Source of the DNA: Anaerolineales bacterium
GTDB lineage: Bacteria; Chloroflexota; Anaerolineae; Anaerolineales; UBA6663
Direction of reading: 5' to 3'
NCBI GenBank assembly: GCA_020850595.1
Contig: JADZEK010000023.1
Span: forward strand, 6,222-70,221
Length of the DNA stretch: 64,000 nucleotides
Below the pieces are notes generated by a model that saw nothing but the letters and a program-made list of their open reading frames with translations, ran no database searches and was not told the DNA's origin. Below, piece after piece: positions 10,250-18,421 of this stretch (position 1 is its first letter; each line of letters starts with the position of its first letter). The position numbers and the translations under genes were made by a program.

Positions 10250-12616
10250 TCACCGGCCTCCGGGCAAGCGCTCGGGCGCGGGGCGCAGCGTGAGGGTGTA
10301 TTGCCCCGGCCCCGGCAGCAGCACGCGCACGGCGGCGCCGCCGTCCACGGCTTCGGGCAGGCGGATGTCGTTAAGATAAACGCGCGCCACCGGCCAGGGC
10401 AGCGTGAGCGTCACGCTGGCGCGGCGGGACGTGTCGAGGCGGGCGGCGGCCCCCAGGGGCGTGGGCCACAGGTGCGCGGCGGTGAGGGGCGCGGTGGCCA
10501 AGAAGAGCGCCTCGCCCGCCCGCTCCAGGCGGCGCGCGGCGTGCAGCGCCCAGCAGCCGGGCGCGCGGAGCCAGGCGGCTTGCGCGTCGGCGCGCCAGCC
10601 GCCCGCCCGCGCCACGCCCACGGCTGAGGCGAGGAACACATCCGCCCCCTGCCCCGTGACCAAGCGCGCCGCTTCGCCCGTCCCTTCGTCGAGCGGCAGC
10701 GGCTCGGCGCTGACGACCTGAGCCTCGGCGGCGGCGCGCGCCGGATAGAGCAGGTGCAGGTAGACGGCCCGCGCCGCGTTGGTCTGCTGGCGGTGGCTCA
10801 GCCCCGGCACATCGCGCATGGTGATCGTGCCTTCGTAGGCGCGCGGCCCCGGCACCACGGCGAACCCGCCGACGGCCTGCCAGCGGCCCTGCGCCGGGAA
10901 GACCGGCGCGACTACCAGGCCGGGGTACCGCGTGGGCAGCCAGCGCCCGGCCGCGTATTCGAGCGGGTGCGGCGTGAACAGCCGCCAATCCAACTCCGGC
11001 GCGCCGGTTTGGTCGAGCGCGTCGTGGATCAGCCAATACTCGCCCTTCACGAACAGGATCAGCCGGCGGTGCGCGCGCACTCCCTGCGCGGCGTAGCCCG
11101 TGTGCGCGGCGGCGAACACATCCGCCAGCGGCGACGAGTCCCAGGCGAGCAGCGCGCCGTCCTTGGCGGCCTCGTCCGGGTCCTGGTCGTTGACGCTGAC
11201 CATGTTGTGGGCCGCGGCGCGGCGCAGCCAGGTCTTGTAGCGCGGGCTGTCGTAGGTGTCGAGGGCCAGGCCGGCCTCCAGCGCCAGCGGCGCGCCCCGG
11301 CCGGCGGCGACGAAGGCCAGCGCGTCGAGGTGGCTGTGCGACTCATACTCGTGGCCGATGAGCGGGCCATAGTTAACGGCCAGGAACAGGTCGTCTGGCG
11401 CGAGGCCGTCGCGCAGCAGCGCAAACTTGGAGTCCGGCTGGAGCGCGCCGGCGGCGGCAGGCGCTGGGGCGGGCAGGCGCGCATAGGCCTCGGCCGCCGT
11501 CTCGCCGCCCGCGCGGTCGGGCAGGCCCGCCAGCGTCCAGGCCACGTCGCCGGGCGCGGCGAAGTGCTCGGCCAGGCCCTTGAGCAAAGGATCGGCTAGC
11601 AGCACCGCGCCGGGCACGGCCCACTCGCCGACCCAGATCACCTGCGAGTCGTTGAAGTTGGTGGACGCGCCGAGTGGGTTGAGGTGCTCGGCCAGCCAGC
11701 GGTGCAGGCCGGCGAAGCGCGGGTGCGCTTGCAGCGGCGGCCGGCCGTTCTGCTCGGCCACGGCCGCCACGCGCCGGTAGACCGCCAGCACGTGCGCGTG
11801 GTACGAGGGCGCGCGCTCGCTGTGGCCGCCGTCGGCGTAGACATCCAGGTCGAGGTGCTCGATCAGCCGCGCCCAGCCCTGCGCCTGCCACGCGGCGGCC
11901 TCGCGGAACTCCGGCAGGCACACGCCCAGCTCGTAGAGCGTGGCCGCGCCGTGAATCTGCCAGTTGCCATAGCGAAAGCCGGCGTGCTCCTCAGCCAGCC
12001 AGCGGGCCGCGCCCAGCCAACTCTTAAGCAGCCCGGCGTGCAGCGCGGGCGGCAGCGCGAGCGAGGCGTGAAAGGCCGCGTAGGCATCGAGGAAGGCGCG
12101 CGAGCGGATGGCCAGGCCGAGCGTGTACCAGATCACATCCAGGCTGGGGATCGTGCCCGCCACCTGGTCGCGCACGGCGTCCCACGCGGCGAAGTGGCGG
12201 GCGAAGGCGGCGGCGTGCGCCGGGTCGCCGTCGAGGGTGTGGGCGGTCACCAGCGGCGCAAGCCAGGTGAAGTAGTGCAGGCCGTAAAGCTGGGCCTGGC
12301 CCTGGCGCGCGCCCAGGTAGTCGGCTGTCTCGGTGTGCAGGACGCGCGCCCGTTCCAGGATCGGCGCGCCGCGTGTGGCCCGCAGTTCGGCGGGCAGCGC
12401 CGCATAGCCGCGCAGGTTGATCACCAGCCGGGGCGCGACACGGTGCGCAAAGTAGGCGGCCCAGGCCGCGTAGGCGGCGGGCCAATCCTCCGCGGCCGCG
12501 GCGGCGCGCACGGCGGCCAGCGCGGGCGGCGTGAGGTCGAGCGCGGCGAACAAGTCGGCGTCGCCGATGCGGCGCATGCGCGTGGGGTGAACGTGGGCGG
12601 GCAGCTCGATGGGCAT
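10250..12616 (-). CDS. heparinase II/III-like (polysaccharide lyase-like) protein
   Basis: 788-aa ORF with GHEYESHSHLDALAFV...ALEAG...AAAHN, characteristic of the heparinase II/III C-terminal domain. No SD upstream of the called start, so the start is uncertain. Confidence 0.75.
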   Translation of the reverse strand: MPIELPAHVHPTRMRRIGDADLFAALDLTPPALAAVRAAAAAEDWPAAYAAWAAYFAHRVAPRLVINLRGYAALPAELRATRGAPILERARVLHTETADYLGARQGQAQLYGLHYFTWLAPLVTAHTLDGDPAHAAAFARHFAAWDAVRDQVAGTIPSLDVIWYTLGLAIRSRAFLDAYAAFHASLALPPALHAGLLKSWLGAARWLAEEHAGFRYGNWQIHGAATLYELGVCLPEFREAAAWQAQGWARLIEHLDLDVYADGGHSERAPSYHAHVLAVYRRVAAVAEQNGRPPLQAHPRFAGLHRWLAEHLNPLGASTNFNDSQVIWVGEWAVPGAVLLADPLLKGLAEHFAAPGDVAWTLAGLPDRAGGETAAEAYARLPAPAPAAAGALQPDSKFALLRDGLAPDDLFLAVNYGPLIGHEYESHSHLDALAFVAAGRGAPLALEAGLALDTYDSPRYKTWLRRAAAHNMVSVNDQDPDEAAKDGALLAWDSSPLADVFAAAHTGYAAQGVRAHRRLILFVKGEYWLIHDALDQTGAPELDWRLFTPHPLEYAAGRWLPTRYPGLVVAPVFPAQGRWQAVGGFAVVPGPRAYEGTITMRDVPGLSHRQQTNAARAVYLHLLYPARAAAEAQVVSAEPLPLDEGTGEAARLVTGQGADVFLASAVGVARAGGWRADAQAAWLRAPGCWALHAARRLERAGEALFLATAPLTAAHLWPTPLGAAARLDTSRRASVTLTLPWPVARVYLNDIRLPEAVDGGAAVRVLLPGPGQYTLTLRPAPERLPGGR

Positions 12617-12651
12617 GAGAGTGGAGGTCGGAGGTCAGAGGGCGGATAGTA
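12617..12651 (+). repeat. tandem heptamer array, about 5 units of GAGGTNN (degenerate)
   Basis: gagagtg gaggtcg gaggtca gagggcg gatagta, read directly. Confidence 0.7.
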
Positions 12652-12724
12652 CGGCGGAGGGTCGTGATAGGCAAACGGTGAGGCGCGCTACAATCGGGCG
12701 CGGAGGGGGTGAAGAGGAGAGGCG

Positions 12725-13267
12725 ATGGAACTGCTGACGGCGCGGCTGCGGCTGCGCGAGTTTGTGGCCGAGGACTGGCGCGCAGTGCTGGCCTACCAGC
12801 AGGAGCCGCTGTATCTGCGCTACTACGCCTGGACCGAGCGCACGCCGGAGGCCGTGCAGGCGTTCGTCGGTTGGTTCCTGGCGCAGCAGGCGGCCACGCC
12901 GCGCGATAAGTATCAGTTCGCAGTGACGCTGAAGGACACGGGTGAACTGATCGGCAACTGCGGCGTGCGGCGCACGGCCCCCGGCGCGCTGGAAGCAGAC
13001 CTGGGCTACGAGCTGGCCCCGGCGTACTGGGGTAAAGGCTACGCTACCGAGGCGGCGCGCGCGGTGCTGGCCTTTGGCTTCGCCGCGCTGGGCGCGCACC
13101 GCCTCGAGGCGCAGTGCGTGGCCGACAACATCGCCTCGGCGCGCGTGTTGGAAAAGATCGGGATGCGGCTGGAGGGCCGCCTGCGCGACAAGGAGTATTT
13201 CAAGGGCTGCTGGTGGGACCGGCTGATCTACGCGGCGCTGGCGGGGGAGGGAGAGGTGGGAGGTTAG
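12725..13267 (+). CDS. GNAT family N-acetyltransferase (RimJ/RimL-like)
   Basis: LRLREF...D...GNCG...LGY.L.P.YWGKGYATEAARAVL.FGF...H R L.A....DN..S.RVLEK.GM..EG. The last codons (GEGEVGG) are encoded by the heptamer array. Confidence 0.9.
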   Translation: MELLTARLRLREFVAEDWRAVLAYQQEPLYLRYYAWTERTPEAVQAFVGWFLAQQAATPRDKYQFAVTLKDTGELIGNCGVRRTAPGALEADLGYELAPAYWGKGYATEAARAVLAFGFAALGAHRLEAQCVADNIASARVLEKIGMRLEGRLRDKEYFKGCWWDRLIYAALAGEGEVGG

Positions 13268-13301
13268 AGGTTAGAGGTGGGAGGAGAGAGGTTGGAAGGC
13301 G
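13246..13301 (+). repeat. tandem heptamer array, about 8 units of GAGGTNN
   Basis: gaggtgg gaggtta gaggtta gaggtgg gaggaga gaggttg gaaggcg. It spans the GNAT stop codon and ends 14 nt before the methyltransferase ATG. Confidence 0.8.
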
Positions 13302-13314
13302 TGACGCGCGCAGG

Positions 13315-14166
13315 ATGAATATGGAGCCGAAAGATGACTACGCTAGAGCCATCAACGCCCACTACGACCACGCGGGCGGCCTGGAGGCGGCGATTGACCG
13401 CGGGCTGCGCGTGGCGGGCCACGACCTGGCGACCCTCAGGCCGGAAGACCTGGCGGCCGTGGATCAGTTCCACCTTGGCGGGCCGGGCAGCACGCGGGCG
13501 CTGCTGGCGCGGGCGGGCCTGCCGCAGGGCGCGGCGGTGCTCGACGTGGGCGGCGGGCTGGGCGGCGCGGCGCGCGCGCTGGCATTGGAGGCCGAGTGCC
13601 GCGTGACGGTGCTCGACCTGACGGCGGCGTTCGTGCGCGTGGGCGTAAACCTGACGGCCCGCACCGGCCTGAGCAGCCGTGTGCGTTTCGGGCAGGGCGA
13701 CGCCACCCGCCTGCCGTTTGGCGCGGCGAGTTTTGACGCCGTGTGGGCACAGCACAGCGCCATGAACATCCCCGACAAGGGGGCGCTGTACGGCGAGTGT
13801 TGCCGCGTGCTGCGGCCGGGCGGGCGGCTGGCGCTGCACGAGGTGCTGGCTGGGCCGGCGGGGGCGGTGCGCTACCCCGTGCCGTGGGCGCGCACGGCGG
13901 CGCTCAGTGACCTGGCGGCGCCGGACATGCTGCGCGGGCTGCTCGGCGCGGCGGGGTTGCGGGAGGCAGCCTGGGAAGACGTGACGGCCGAGGCGCGGCG
14001 GAGCGCGGAGCGGTTGCTCGGCCGCCTCGCCGCGCCGGAGGGGCCGCCGCCGCTCGGGCCGCATTTGTTCCTCGGGCCGGGCACGGTGGAGCTGATGCAG
14101 AACCTGGCGCTCAACTTGGCGGAGGGGCGGGTGACGGTGGCGCAGGGCGTGTTCCTGAAGGAATAG
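13315..14166 (+). CDS. class I SAM-dependent methyltransferase
   Basis: VLDVGGGLGGAARALA motif I and RVLRPGGRLAL post-motif. I chose the internal ATG (MNMEPKDDY) because the track ORF start at 13114 overlaps the GNAT gene. Confidence 0.85.
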   Translation: MNMEPKDDYARAINAHYDHAGGLEAAIDRGLRVAGHDLATLRPEDLAAVDQFHLGGPGSTRALLARAGLPQGAAVLDVGGGLGGAARALALEAECRVTVLDLTAAFVRVGVNLTARTGLSSRVRFGQGDATRLPFGAASFDAVWAQHSAMNIPDKGALYGECCRVLRPGGRLALHEVLAGPAGAVRYPVPWARTAALSDLAAPDMLRGLLGAAGLREAAWEDVTAEARRSAERLLGRLAAPEGPPPLGPHLFLGPGTVELMQNLALNLAEGRVTVAQGVFLKE

Positions 14167-14200
14167 AGGTGGGAGGTGGGAGGTGAGAGGTGGGAGGGGG
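14166..14200 (+). repeat. tandem heptamer array, 5 units of GAGGTNN
   Basis: gaggtgg gaggtgg gaggtga gaggtgg gaggggg, starting at the last base of the methyltransferase stop codon. Confidence 0.8.
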
Positions 14201-14308
14201 TGTTAAGGCAGGAGCAGTGCAGTCCGCGAAACGCGCGCATGCGCCGTGGCCCTGACGCCAGTAACGGAGAACTGCCCAGGTTCAGCACCCCGGTTGGATG
14301 CGGATTAC

Positions 14309-14510
14309 TGAGCTTTCACTTGATTACTTGACACTGGGAAATAGGAGCCAGCCTAATGCGCGCCTGGTCATTTGGCTGAACCCGAACCTGGTCTCGTTAA
14401 TCCCGCCGGGTCGCTGGCTCTTTGGCGGTCCACCGCTCAAAGCCACGGTCACGGTTGCGAGTGGATTTGACGATCTCACTCACATCGTCAAGCAAGTTTG
14501 TGAAAGCTCA
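14309..14510. repeat. ~200-bp lower-G+C segment bounded by imperfect 24-bp inverted repeats (MITE-like or structured element)
   Basis: 14309-14332 tgagctttcacttgattacttgac versus the reverse complement of 14487-14510 (tgagctttcacaaacttgcttgac). 20 of 24 positions match, including an 11-nt perfect core. Confidence 0.5.
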
Positions 14511-14520
14511 ATAGATCGGC

Positions 14521-16542
14521 TTAGCCCGGCGTCAGCCGCACGTGGCCGTGGGCGTCCACGCGGCCCGACCAGCCGGGGGGCAGCACGGTGGTGGCGTCAA
14601 GCTGGGTCAGCAGCGCGGGGCCGGCCAGGACGTCGCCGGGGCAGAGCGCCGCGCGGTCGTAGACGGGCGTGGGGCGCGCCGCCAGCCGCCCGGCCTGCTC
14701 AAACCACGCGGCGCGCTCGGCGGCGGGGGTGAGGGCCTGGCCCAGGGGGCGCGCGGGCAGCGGCTCGAAGGCCACGCGCGCCGCGGGGGCGGCGGCGCGC
14801 AGCCGCAGGGTGACCACCTCCACCGGAGCGCCGGGGTGGCTGTGGCCATAGCGCTGGGCGTGCAGCGCGTGAAAAGCCGCCAGCCAAAGCGCCGCCGCAT
14901 CGTCGCCGGCGTTGGGCGGCAGGGGCACGCTCAACTCAAACGACTGGCCCTGATAGCGCGTGTCGAGCAGACGCTCGAGCGTGAGGCCGGTGACGCCCTC
15001 AGCCGCCAGCTCGGCCCGGGCGCGCGCCTCCAGCGGGGCGAACCAGGCCTCCAGCGCGGCGGCGGAGAGCGCGGCGGCCGGGCGCAGCACCGTCAGCGAG
15101 TAGTCTTTCACGCGGTCGGCCAGCACCATGCCCAGGGCCGAGAGCACCCCCGGCGCGCGCGGCAGTAGCACCTGCGCCAGGCCCAACTGCGCCGCCAGCC
15201 CGCAGGCGTGCAGCGGCCCCGCGCCGCCAAAGGCCACGAGGGTGAAGGCGCGCGGGTCGTGGCCGCGCTCGATGGAGATGCGGCGCACGGCGCGCTCGAC
15301 GGCGGCGTCGGCCACGCGCAGCACGTCCCAGGCGGCAGCTTCGGGCGAGGCCGCGTTCAGGTCGCGCGCCAGATCAGTCAGCGCCCGGCGCGCGGCGGCT
15401 TCATTCAGCGCCAGGCCGCCGCCCAGGAAGCGCGCCGGGTCGAGCCGGCCCAGCACCAGGTGCGCATCGGTAAGGGTGGGCTGCGTGCCACCACGCCCAT
15501 AGCAGGCCGGGCCGGGCACCGCGCCCGCGCTGTGCGGCCCCACTTGCAGCGCGCCGCCGGAGTCCACGCGCGCCAGGCTGCCGCCGCCCGCGCCGAGGGT
15601 GTGCACGTCCATGTGGGGCAGGCGCAGCGGCAGGCCGGCGATCTCGCCCTCGGTGGTGAGCGGCAGGCGGCCGGGGCAGAGCGCCACGTCAGTGGAGGTG
15701 CCACCCATGTCAAACGTAATCACCTGGGGCGCCTCCGCGCCCAACCCCTGGCGCGCGGCGGCGAACGCGCCGACCACGCCGCCCGCCGGGCCGCTGAGGG
15801 CCAGCCGCGCCGCCTGCGCCCGCGCGCGCCCGGCCGCCAGCGTGCCGCCGTTAGACTGCATGATGCGCAGCGGGCGCGCGCCCAGGCTCGCCTCCAGCCG
15901 CGCCAGGTAGCGGTCAATCAGCGGGGCGACGTAGGCGTTGATGACGGTGGTGGCGGTGCGCTCGTACTCGCGGTACTCCGGCAGCAGATCGGAGGAGAGC
16001 GAGAGGGAGAGGCCCGGCGCAGCCTCGGCCAGCCCGGCGCGCACGGCCTGCTCATGCGCGGGGCGCAGGAACGAGAACAGCAGGCAGACCGCGACCGACT
16101 CAATCCCCTCAGCTTGCAACTGGGCGGTCAGCGCCGTGACTTCGGCCGGGTCGAGCGGGGTGAGCACCGCGCCGGCGGCGGTGACGCGCTCGTTCAGCTC
16201 AAAGCGCCAGGCGCGCGGGACGAGCGGGGCGGGTTTGGCGGGCACGAGCGCATACAGGTCGGGCCGGTGCTGGCGGCCGATCTCCAGCACGTCGGCGAAG
16301 CCGCGGGTGGTGACGAGGGCCGTGCGCGCGCCGCGCTGTTCGAGCAGGGCGTTGGTGGCGATGGTCGAGCCGTGAACGACCTCGGCCGCGGCGTCCACGC
16401 TCAGCGCGGCCACGCCCTCGAGGAAGGCGCGCGCCGGGTCGTCGGGCGAGGTGGGCCGCTTGTGGACGCGCACGCGCCCGGCTGCGTCTACCAGCACAAA
16501 ATCGGTAAAGGTGCCGCCGATGTCCACGCCGAGGACGGTCAT
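14521..16542 (-). CDS. hyuA: hydantoinase/oxoprolinase family, A (beta) subunit
   Basis: 673-aa ORF with N-terminal GVDIGGTFTDFV and central FDMGGTSTD ASKHA-fold ATPase motifs. Confidence 0.9.
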   Translation of the reverse strand: MTVLGVDIGGTFTDFVLVDAAGRVRVHKRPTSPDDPARAFLEGVAALSVDAAAEVVHGSTIATNALLEQRGARTALVTTRGFADVLEIGRQHRPDLYALVPAKPAPLVPRAWRFELNERVTAAGAVLTPLDPAEVTALTAQLQAEGIESVAVCLLFSFLRPAHEQAVRAGLAEAAPGLSLSLSSDLLPEYREYERTATTVINAYVAPLIDRYLARLEASLGARPLRIMQSNGGTLAAGRARAQAARLALSGPAGGVVGAFAAARQGLGAEAPQVITFDMGGTSTDVALCPGRLPLTTEGEIAGLPLRLPHMDVHTLGAGGGSLARVDSGGALQVGPHSAGAVPGPACYGRGGTQPTLTDAHLVLGRLDPARFLGGGLALNEAAARRALTDLARDLNAASPEAAAWDVLRVADAAVERAVRRISIERGHDPRAFTLVAFGGAGPLHACGLAAQLGLAQVLLPRAPGVLSALGMVLADRVKDYSLTVLRPAAALSAAALEAWFAPLEARARAELAAEGVTGLTLERLLDTRYQGQSFELSVPLPPNAGDDAAALWLAAFHALHAQRYGHSHPGAPVEVVTLRLRAAAPAARVAFEPLPARPLGQALTPAAERAAWFEQAGRLAARPTPVYDRAALCPGDVLAGPALLTQLDATTVLPPGWSGRVDAHGHVRLTPG

Positions 16543-18176
16543 GCGGTTTCGACCTCGGCCGGCCCCGGTGCGTGTTCTTCGCGCTGCAAGGCGTGCTCTT
16601 TACGCCCCCAGCCGCCGCCGCCGGGCGAGCGCACGCTGAGGAGCGCCCCGGCGGGCAGGTCGAGCGTAAATTTCGCGGGCAGCGCCGTGGCCGTGTTGTC
16701 AATCTCCACTACGTTCTCGCCCGGCGCGCCGGGGCCGCCGCCCTGCAAGCCCCACGGCGCGAGCCGCCGCCGCTCCGCAAGGACGGTGACGCGCACGGGC
16801 GCGAGGAAGCGCAGGTCGCGCTGGAGGCCCTCGCCGCCGCGGTGGAGGCCCTGCCCCCCCGACCCGGCGCGCAAGGCGTAGCGCTCCACGCGCAGCGGGT
16901 AGGCGTATTCCAGCGCCTCCACCGGCGTGTTGCGCGTGTTGCTCATGTGCACATGCACGCCCGAAGCGCCCGGCCTGCCCGGCCCCGCGCCCGCGCCGCC
17001 GCCCATGGTCTCGTAATAGGCGAAGGGCCGGCCGGTGGCCGGGTCGCGGCCGCCAAAGGTGACGTTGTTCATGGTGCCCTGCCCGGCGGCCGGGACGAGG
17101 CCCGGCAGCGCGGGGGCCAGCGCGCGGAAGAGCACATCCACCAGGCGCTGCGAGGTCTCGACGTTGCCGGCGGCCACGGCGCTGGGGCGGCGCGCATCGA
17201 GCAGGCTGCCGGGCGTGAGCGTGACGGCCAGCGGCGCGAAGGCCCCGGCGTTGAGGGGCAGGCCCGGCCCCGCCAGGCAGCGCAGCACGTAGCCCAGCGC
17301 CGACTCGACGATGGCGCGCACGGCGTTGAGGTTGCCGCCGTCTGCCGGGGCCGTGCCGGTGAAGTCGGCGGTCAGGGTGTCGTCGCTGACGCTGACCGTC
17401 ACGCGCAGCGGAATGAGCTCGGCCTGCGGGTCGGCCGGCTCCAGGTAATCCTCGGCGCTGTAGCGGCCCGGCGGGATAGCGGCGATGACGCGCCGCGCAA
17501 CGTGCTCGGCGTAGCCCAGCAGCGCGGCGGCGTGAGCCTGCACCGCCTTCCAGCCGTAGCGTTCCACGATCTCGAGCGCGCGCCGCGCCCCGACGGCGTG
17601 GGCGGCCAACTGCGCGGCCAGGTCGCCGCTGCGCTCGTCGGGGGTGCGCACGTTGTTGAGGATGAGCGCCCAGACGGCCTCGTTGCGCCGAGCGGCCTCC
17701 ACCAGCTTGATGGGCGGGATGATGAGGCCTTCCTGGTAAATCTCGGTGGAGAGCGGCATGGAGCCGGGGGCCATGCCACCGATGTCGGCGTGGTGGGCGC
17801 GCGAGGCGACAAAGAACAGCGGCAAGCTGCCCGGCGGCGCGTCGGGCGCAAAGACGGGCGAGACGAGGGTGAGGTCGGGCAGGTGCGTGCCGCCGAGATA
17901 CGGGTCGTTGAGGGCCACCACGTCGCCGGGGGTGAAGGGCGCGCAGCGGGCCAACGCAGCCTGCACCGAGGCGGGCATGGCGCCCAGGTGCACGGGGATG
18001 TGCAGGGCCTGCGCCAGCAGTTGCCCCGCGCCGGTGAAGACCGCGCAGGAGAAGTCGAGGCGCTCTTTGATGTTGGGCGAGAAGGCGGTGCGGCCGAGGG
18101 TGACGCCCATCTCCTCGGCGATGGAGGCAAAGAGGTGCTTGAAGATTTCGAGCGAGGCGGGGGAAGGGGTGCTCAT
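16539..18176 (-). CDS. hyuB: hydantoinase B/oxoprolinase family subunit
   Basis: 545-aa ORF with FSPNIKERLDFSCA...NDPY.GGTHLPD, diagnostic of HyuB. 4-nt overlap with hyuA (operon). Confidence 0.9.
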   Translation of the reverse strand: MSTPSPASLEIFKHLFASIAEEMGVTLGRTAFSPNIKERLDFSCAVFTGAGQLLAQALHIPVHLGAMPASVQAALARCAPFTPGDVVALNDPYLGGTHLPDLTLVSPVFAPDAPPGSLPLFFVASRAHHADIGGMAPGSMPLSTEIYQEGLIIPPIKLVEAARRNEAVWALILNNVRTPDERSGDLAAQLAAHAVGARRALEIVERYGWKAVQAHAAALLGYAEHVARRVIAAIPPGRYSAEDYLEPADPQAELIPLRVTVSVSDDTLTADFTGTAPADGGNLNAVRAIVESALGYVLRCLAGPGLPLNAGAFAPLAVTLTPGSLLDARRPSAVAAGNVETSQRLVDVLFRALAPALPGLVPAAGQGTMNNVTFGGRDPATGRPFAYYETMGGGAGAGPGRPGASGVHVHMSNTRNTPVEALEYAYPLRVERYALRAGSGGQGLHRGGEGLQRDLRFLAPVRVTVLAERRRLAPWGLQGGGPGAPGENVVEIDNTATALPAKFTLDLPAGALLSVRSPGGGGWGRKEHALQREEHAPGPAEVETA

Positions 18177-18210
18177 GGGCAGGCGGGATTATGCCACAGG
18201 GAGGATTTTT

Positions 18211-18305
18211 GCCACGAATGAGCACGAATGGAGGGCGACGAATGGGCACGAATGAGGCGGGGAAGGAAAAACCCTAGCCACGAATTATCGCGAATTACAC
18301 GAAGG
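18211..18305 (-). repeat. array of 7 ATTCGTG-type direct repeats (read on the minus strand), mostly in 10-bp phase
   Basis: CACGAAT-type units start at 18213, 18223, 18237, 18247, 18279, 18289 and 18298. The array lies in the divergent hyuB / S10-peptidase intergenic region. Confidence 0.75.
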
Positions 18306-18364
18306 GGTGCTCAAAAGAAACGATGGGCAAATTAGTCAGGGCGTTCAAAGAAACCGGGGCTTAT

Positions 18365-18392
18365 TTTTCAACCCGGCGTCTGATCGTATAAT
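18365..18392 (+). promoter_or_regulatory. candidate sigma-70-type promoter of the S10 peptidase gene
   Basis: TTTTCA (18365-70), 16-nt spacer, TATAAT (18387-92). Followed by a 7-bp hairpin AATCCGG-cct-CCGGATT and an AAGGAG SD before GTG 18422. Confidence 0.45.
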
Positions 18393-18421
18393 CCGGCCTC
18401 CGGATTCGCCAAGGAGACGCC

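Noticed and set aside
12617-14200. Short tandem repeats considered as a possible CRISPR or mini-array
   Set aside because: The units are 7 nt, contiguous, without spacers, and partly inside a coding region. No cas genes are present. They are microsatellite-like heptamer arrays, not a CRISPR.
14298-14732. 144-aa plus-strand ORF starting in the lower-G+C intergenic segment
   Set aside because: Its second half is antisense to the 3' end of hyuA and is Arg/Gly/Ala-rich. The first half shows no motif. It is better explained as read-through of non-coding DNA bounded by inverted repeats.
14542-18255. Multiple long ORFs on both strands (e.g. 15208-16881 +, 16572-18221 +, 16699-18249 -)
   Set aside because: They are alternative-frame or antisense shadows of hyuA and hyuB. 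Only the hyuA/hyuB frames carry conserved ATPase and HyuB motifs.
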